Below, in pieces: positions 62,247-64,000 of a DNA stretch of 64,000 bases. The DNA is taken from the NCBI RefSeq assembly GCF_018977255.1, contig NW_024704742.1, positions 107,138,001 to 107,202,000 of the forward strand, given 5' to 3'. Position 1 is the first letter of the stretch. Every line of letters begins with the position of its first letter. The position numbers and the translations under genes are program-made. Source of the stretch: Callorhinchus milii (taxonomy: Eukaryota). The notes under the pieces were generated by a model, which did not search any database, was not told where the DNA came from, and worked only from the letters and a program-made list of their open reading frames with translations.

Positions 62247-63790
62247 CATTTGTGCAGCTGCGGTACTTAGCTGTCTGACTATAGCTTCTGAAAAGATACT
62301 TTTGTAGTTAAAAAGGAACATATTTAAACATATATTTTAATGTTTTTAAAACAGCACAAAGACTTGTTGAAAGGCACCTGCCTTGTAAAAGATTTTTATT
62401 ATTCTGTTTTGTAGATTACAGTGAGAGATATTTTGAGGTTTTTTGTGATCCTGTATGGTTCACAGTATATGCTGATAATATGGATGTGCACTAAGGTCAA
62501 GAACTGGCAGATCAGGGTTAGAAACTAGCACTAGGCCAACTGGCCAGTTTTAATATTGTTTTTTAAATTATTTGGACAGTTTTGTGCTTGTTTAAGTATT
62601 TTGCTGCATAGTAATAGTATGCGGCAGTATAAAATACTCTATAGGTAGGTATGCATACATATTGATTGCAATGGCATAAAATGGCATTGTGCAGCAAAGA
62701 ATGTTTGTGAGATTTACATGTATCTATGACTATAACTATAACAAGATGTGGTTTTAGTCTCAGGTATATCTATTTGATCCACCACTTCATAAACTGGACT
62801 TCAGTATGCCACCTGACCGCACATCCCAAATGAACAAATAATGTACAGCTTGTAACGCAGGTCTACCTTTGTTGTCCAAGGCTTATTAAATAATCCCATC
62901 AACCCATTCGATGGTACAATTCAACTTTTATATCCACATAATTGACTGTTCAAACTGCCTGCTATGTAATTGGACCAGAAACAATTTTGGATTATTTTAA
63001 CTCAGCCGCTGTTTAGCCTCTGAACCATTAGAGTTAATTCAAAAACACGCTTTCTGTATTTTTCTTTGGAGCAACATGTGCATTGTGCGATATCTTGTGC
63101 TTACTTGAATAATTCACTTTGGTGCTGCTAAGTATCTGCAGTCATAATGCCAAATGGTGCCTCGAGTGGTAAATGAAATATATGAAGGAGAACAGGATAT
63201 CCACTGATACACCGGTTATTTATTATTGAAGCTTATATTATCTATTTTATTGCTTGAAAGTTTTTTTTAAAAAAGACAACAGCAAACATACTGGGGTCAT
63301 TTTTGGTTCTAATTCATAGCGAGTGGCAGATCTGTGGTGTGGGAAACACCATTTGAACACCATTGGTATTTGTAACAGACTGTTTGCCTATTTCAGGCCA
63401 TTACTATGCCCACACCATGATGCCATGCCTTTAAAATGTAGATTTGTTCAGTAACAACTAAGGGTCATTAGCTCACACTACAGTTACAATTGAAAAGGTT
63501 GCTTTCTTTCTAAACTGTGTTGCTCCTCAATGCAAAGGACAAAGACATGTTGTGACATTCTCATTGCCAAGTAACCTATGCTTGGTGCAGCCAGACCAAA
63601 TGCCCACTGGCTATTTTACTACTGTCTTTCAGAAGTCAGATACACCCCAATCTGACAAGTTTACCCCTTTGCACCAGGTGAAATGTCTCCTTTTTTAGGA
63701 ACTGCTGAGCTAATTAAAATAAGGTGCATGGTTTGCATTTAGAATTCAACTAATATACATTCATAATGGCCTGGTAGATAAAAGCACCAC
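62247..63790 (+). other. Probable 3' UTR / 3' flank of the SLCO3A-family gene
   Basis: AT-rich sequence after the stop codon without the SINE tails common in the introns. Variant poly(A) signals ATTAAA at 62885-62890 and 63713-63718; I saw no canonical AATAAA. True 3' end unknown. Confidence 0.55.
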
Positions 63791-64000
63791 CCAGTGTAGC
63801 ACTAAGCCGTTTAGACTAGAGGTTGCAACTTTGCTCCTATCTATCCTGATTTAGCTGATCACAGCCAGAGCAGGATTTGGCACTCTACAGTTGGTCATGG
63901 TGTCTCAAGATTAGGGATGTAACATTCAGACTCGATTTCTGCTCCTATTCAGTATTCAGTGACTTCTGTTGTAAAGTGTGAGTGTATGAATATTGGGTGA
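63790..64000 (+). mobile_element. Old SINE-like repeat (degraded), related to about 61210-61450
   Basis: Shared degenerate motifs (tgtgctcagttag / cctgatttagctgatcacagcc; ttcctgctcttgatt / ttctgctcctattc). Family not identified. Confidence 0.4.

Overview
Vertebrate genomic DNA, AT-rich and repeat-dense. The repeat repertoire (DeuSINE-like tRNA-derived SINEs with (ATT)n tails, L2 and CR1 LINE fragments, a Penelope-type palindrome) points to a cartilaginous fish, probably a holocephalan such as the elephant shark; this is an inference. The window holds the 3' part of one plus-strand gene, an organic anion transporting polypeptide of the OATP3/SLCO3A family. Eight coding exons (equivalent to exons 3-10; 99, 273, 165, 199, 139, 176, 65 and 383 nt) have canonical GT-AG sites and splice in frame into about 499 aa ending in ...CENMESVL*. 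No sequence matching exons 1-2 was found, so bases 1-32859 are read as part of a long intron 2. The rest is intronic or 3'-flanking sequence with retroposon and DNA-transposon remnants, minisatellites and a few repeat-free candidate regulatory segments. I see no convincing new multi-gene system. The best leads are: (i) the transporter looks too divergent for the normally very conserved SLCO3A1 orthologue and may be a second OATP3 paralogue; (ii) a fold-back Penelope-type insert with an 11-bp target-site duplication and two back-to-back degenerate hammerhead-ribozyme cores; (iii) several SINE/LINE tail families sharing one 3' stem-loop with varying loops and stems; (iv) a palindrome made of two ARE/MARE sites. 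Family names and comparisons with human SLCO3A1 come from recall, not database searches. Repeat boundaries are approximate.
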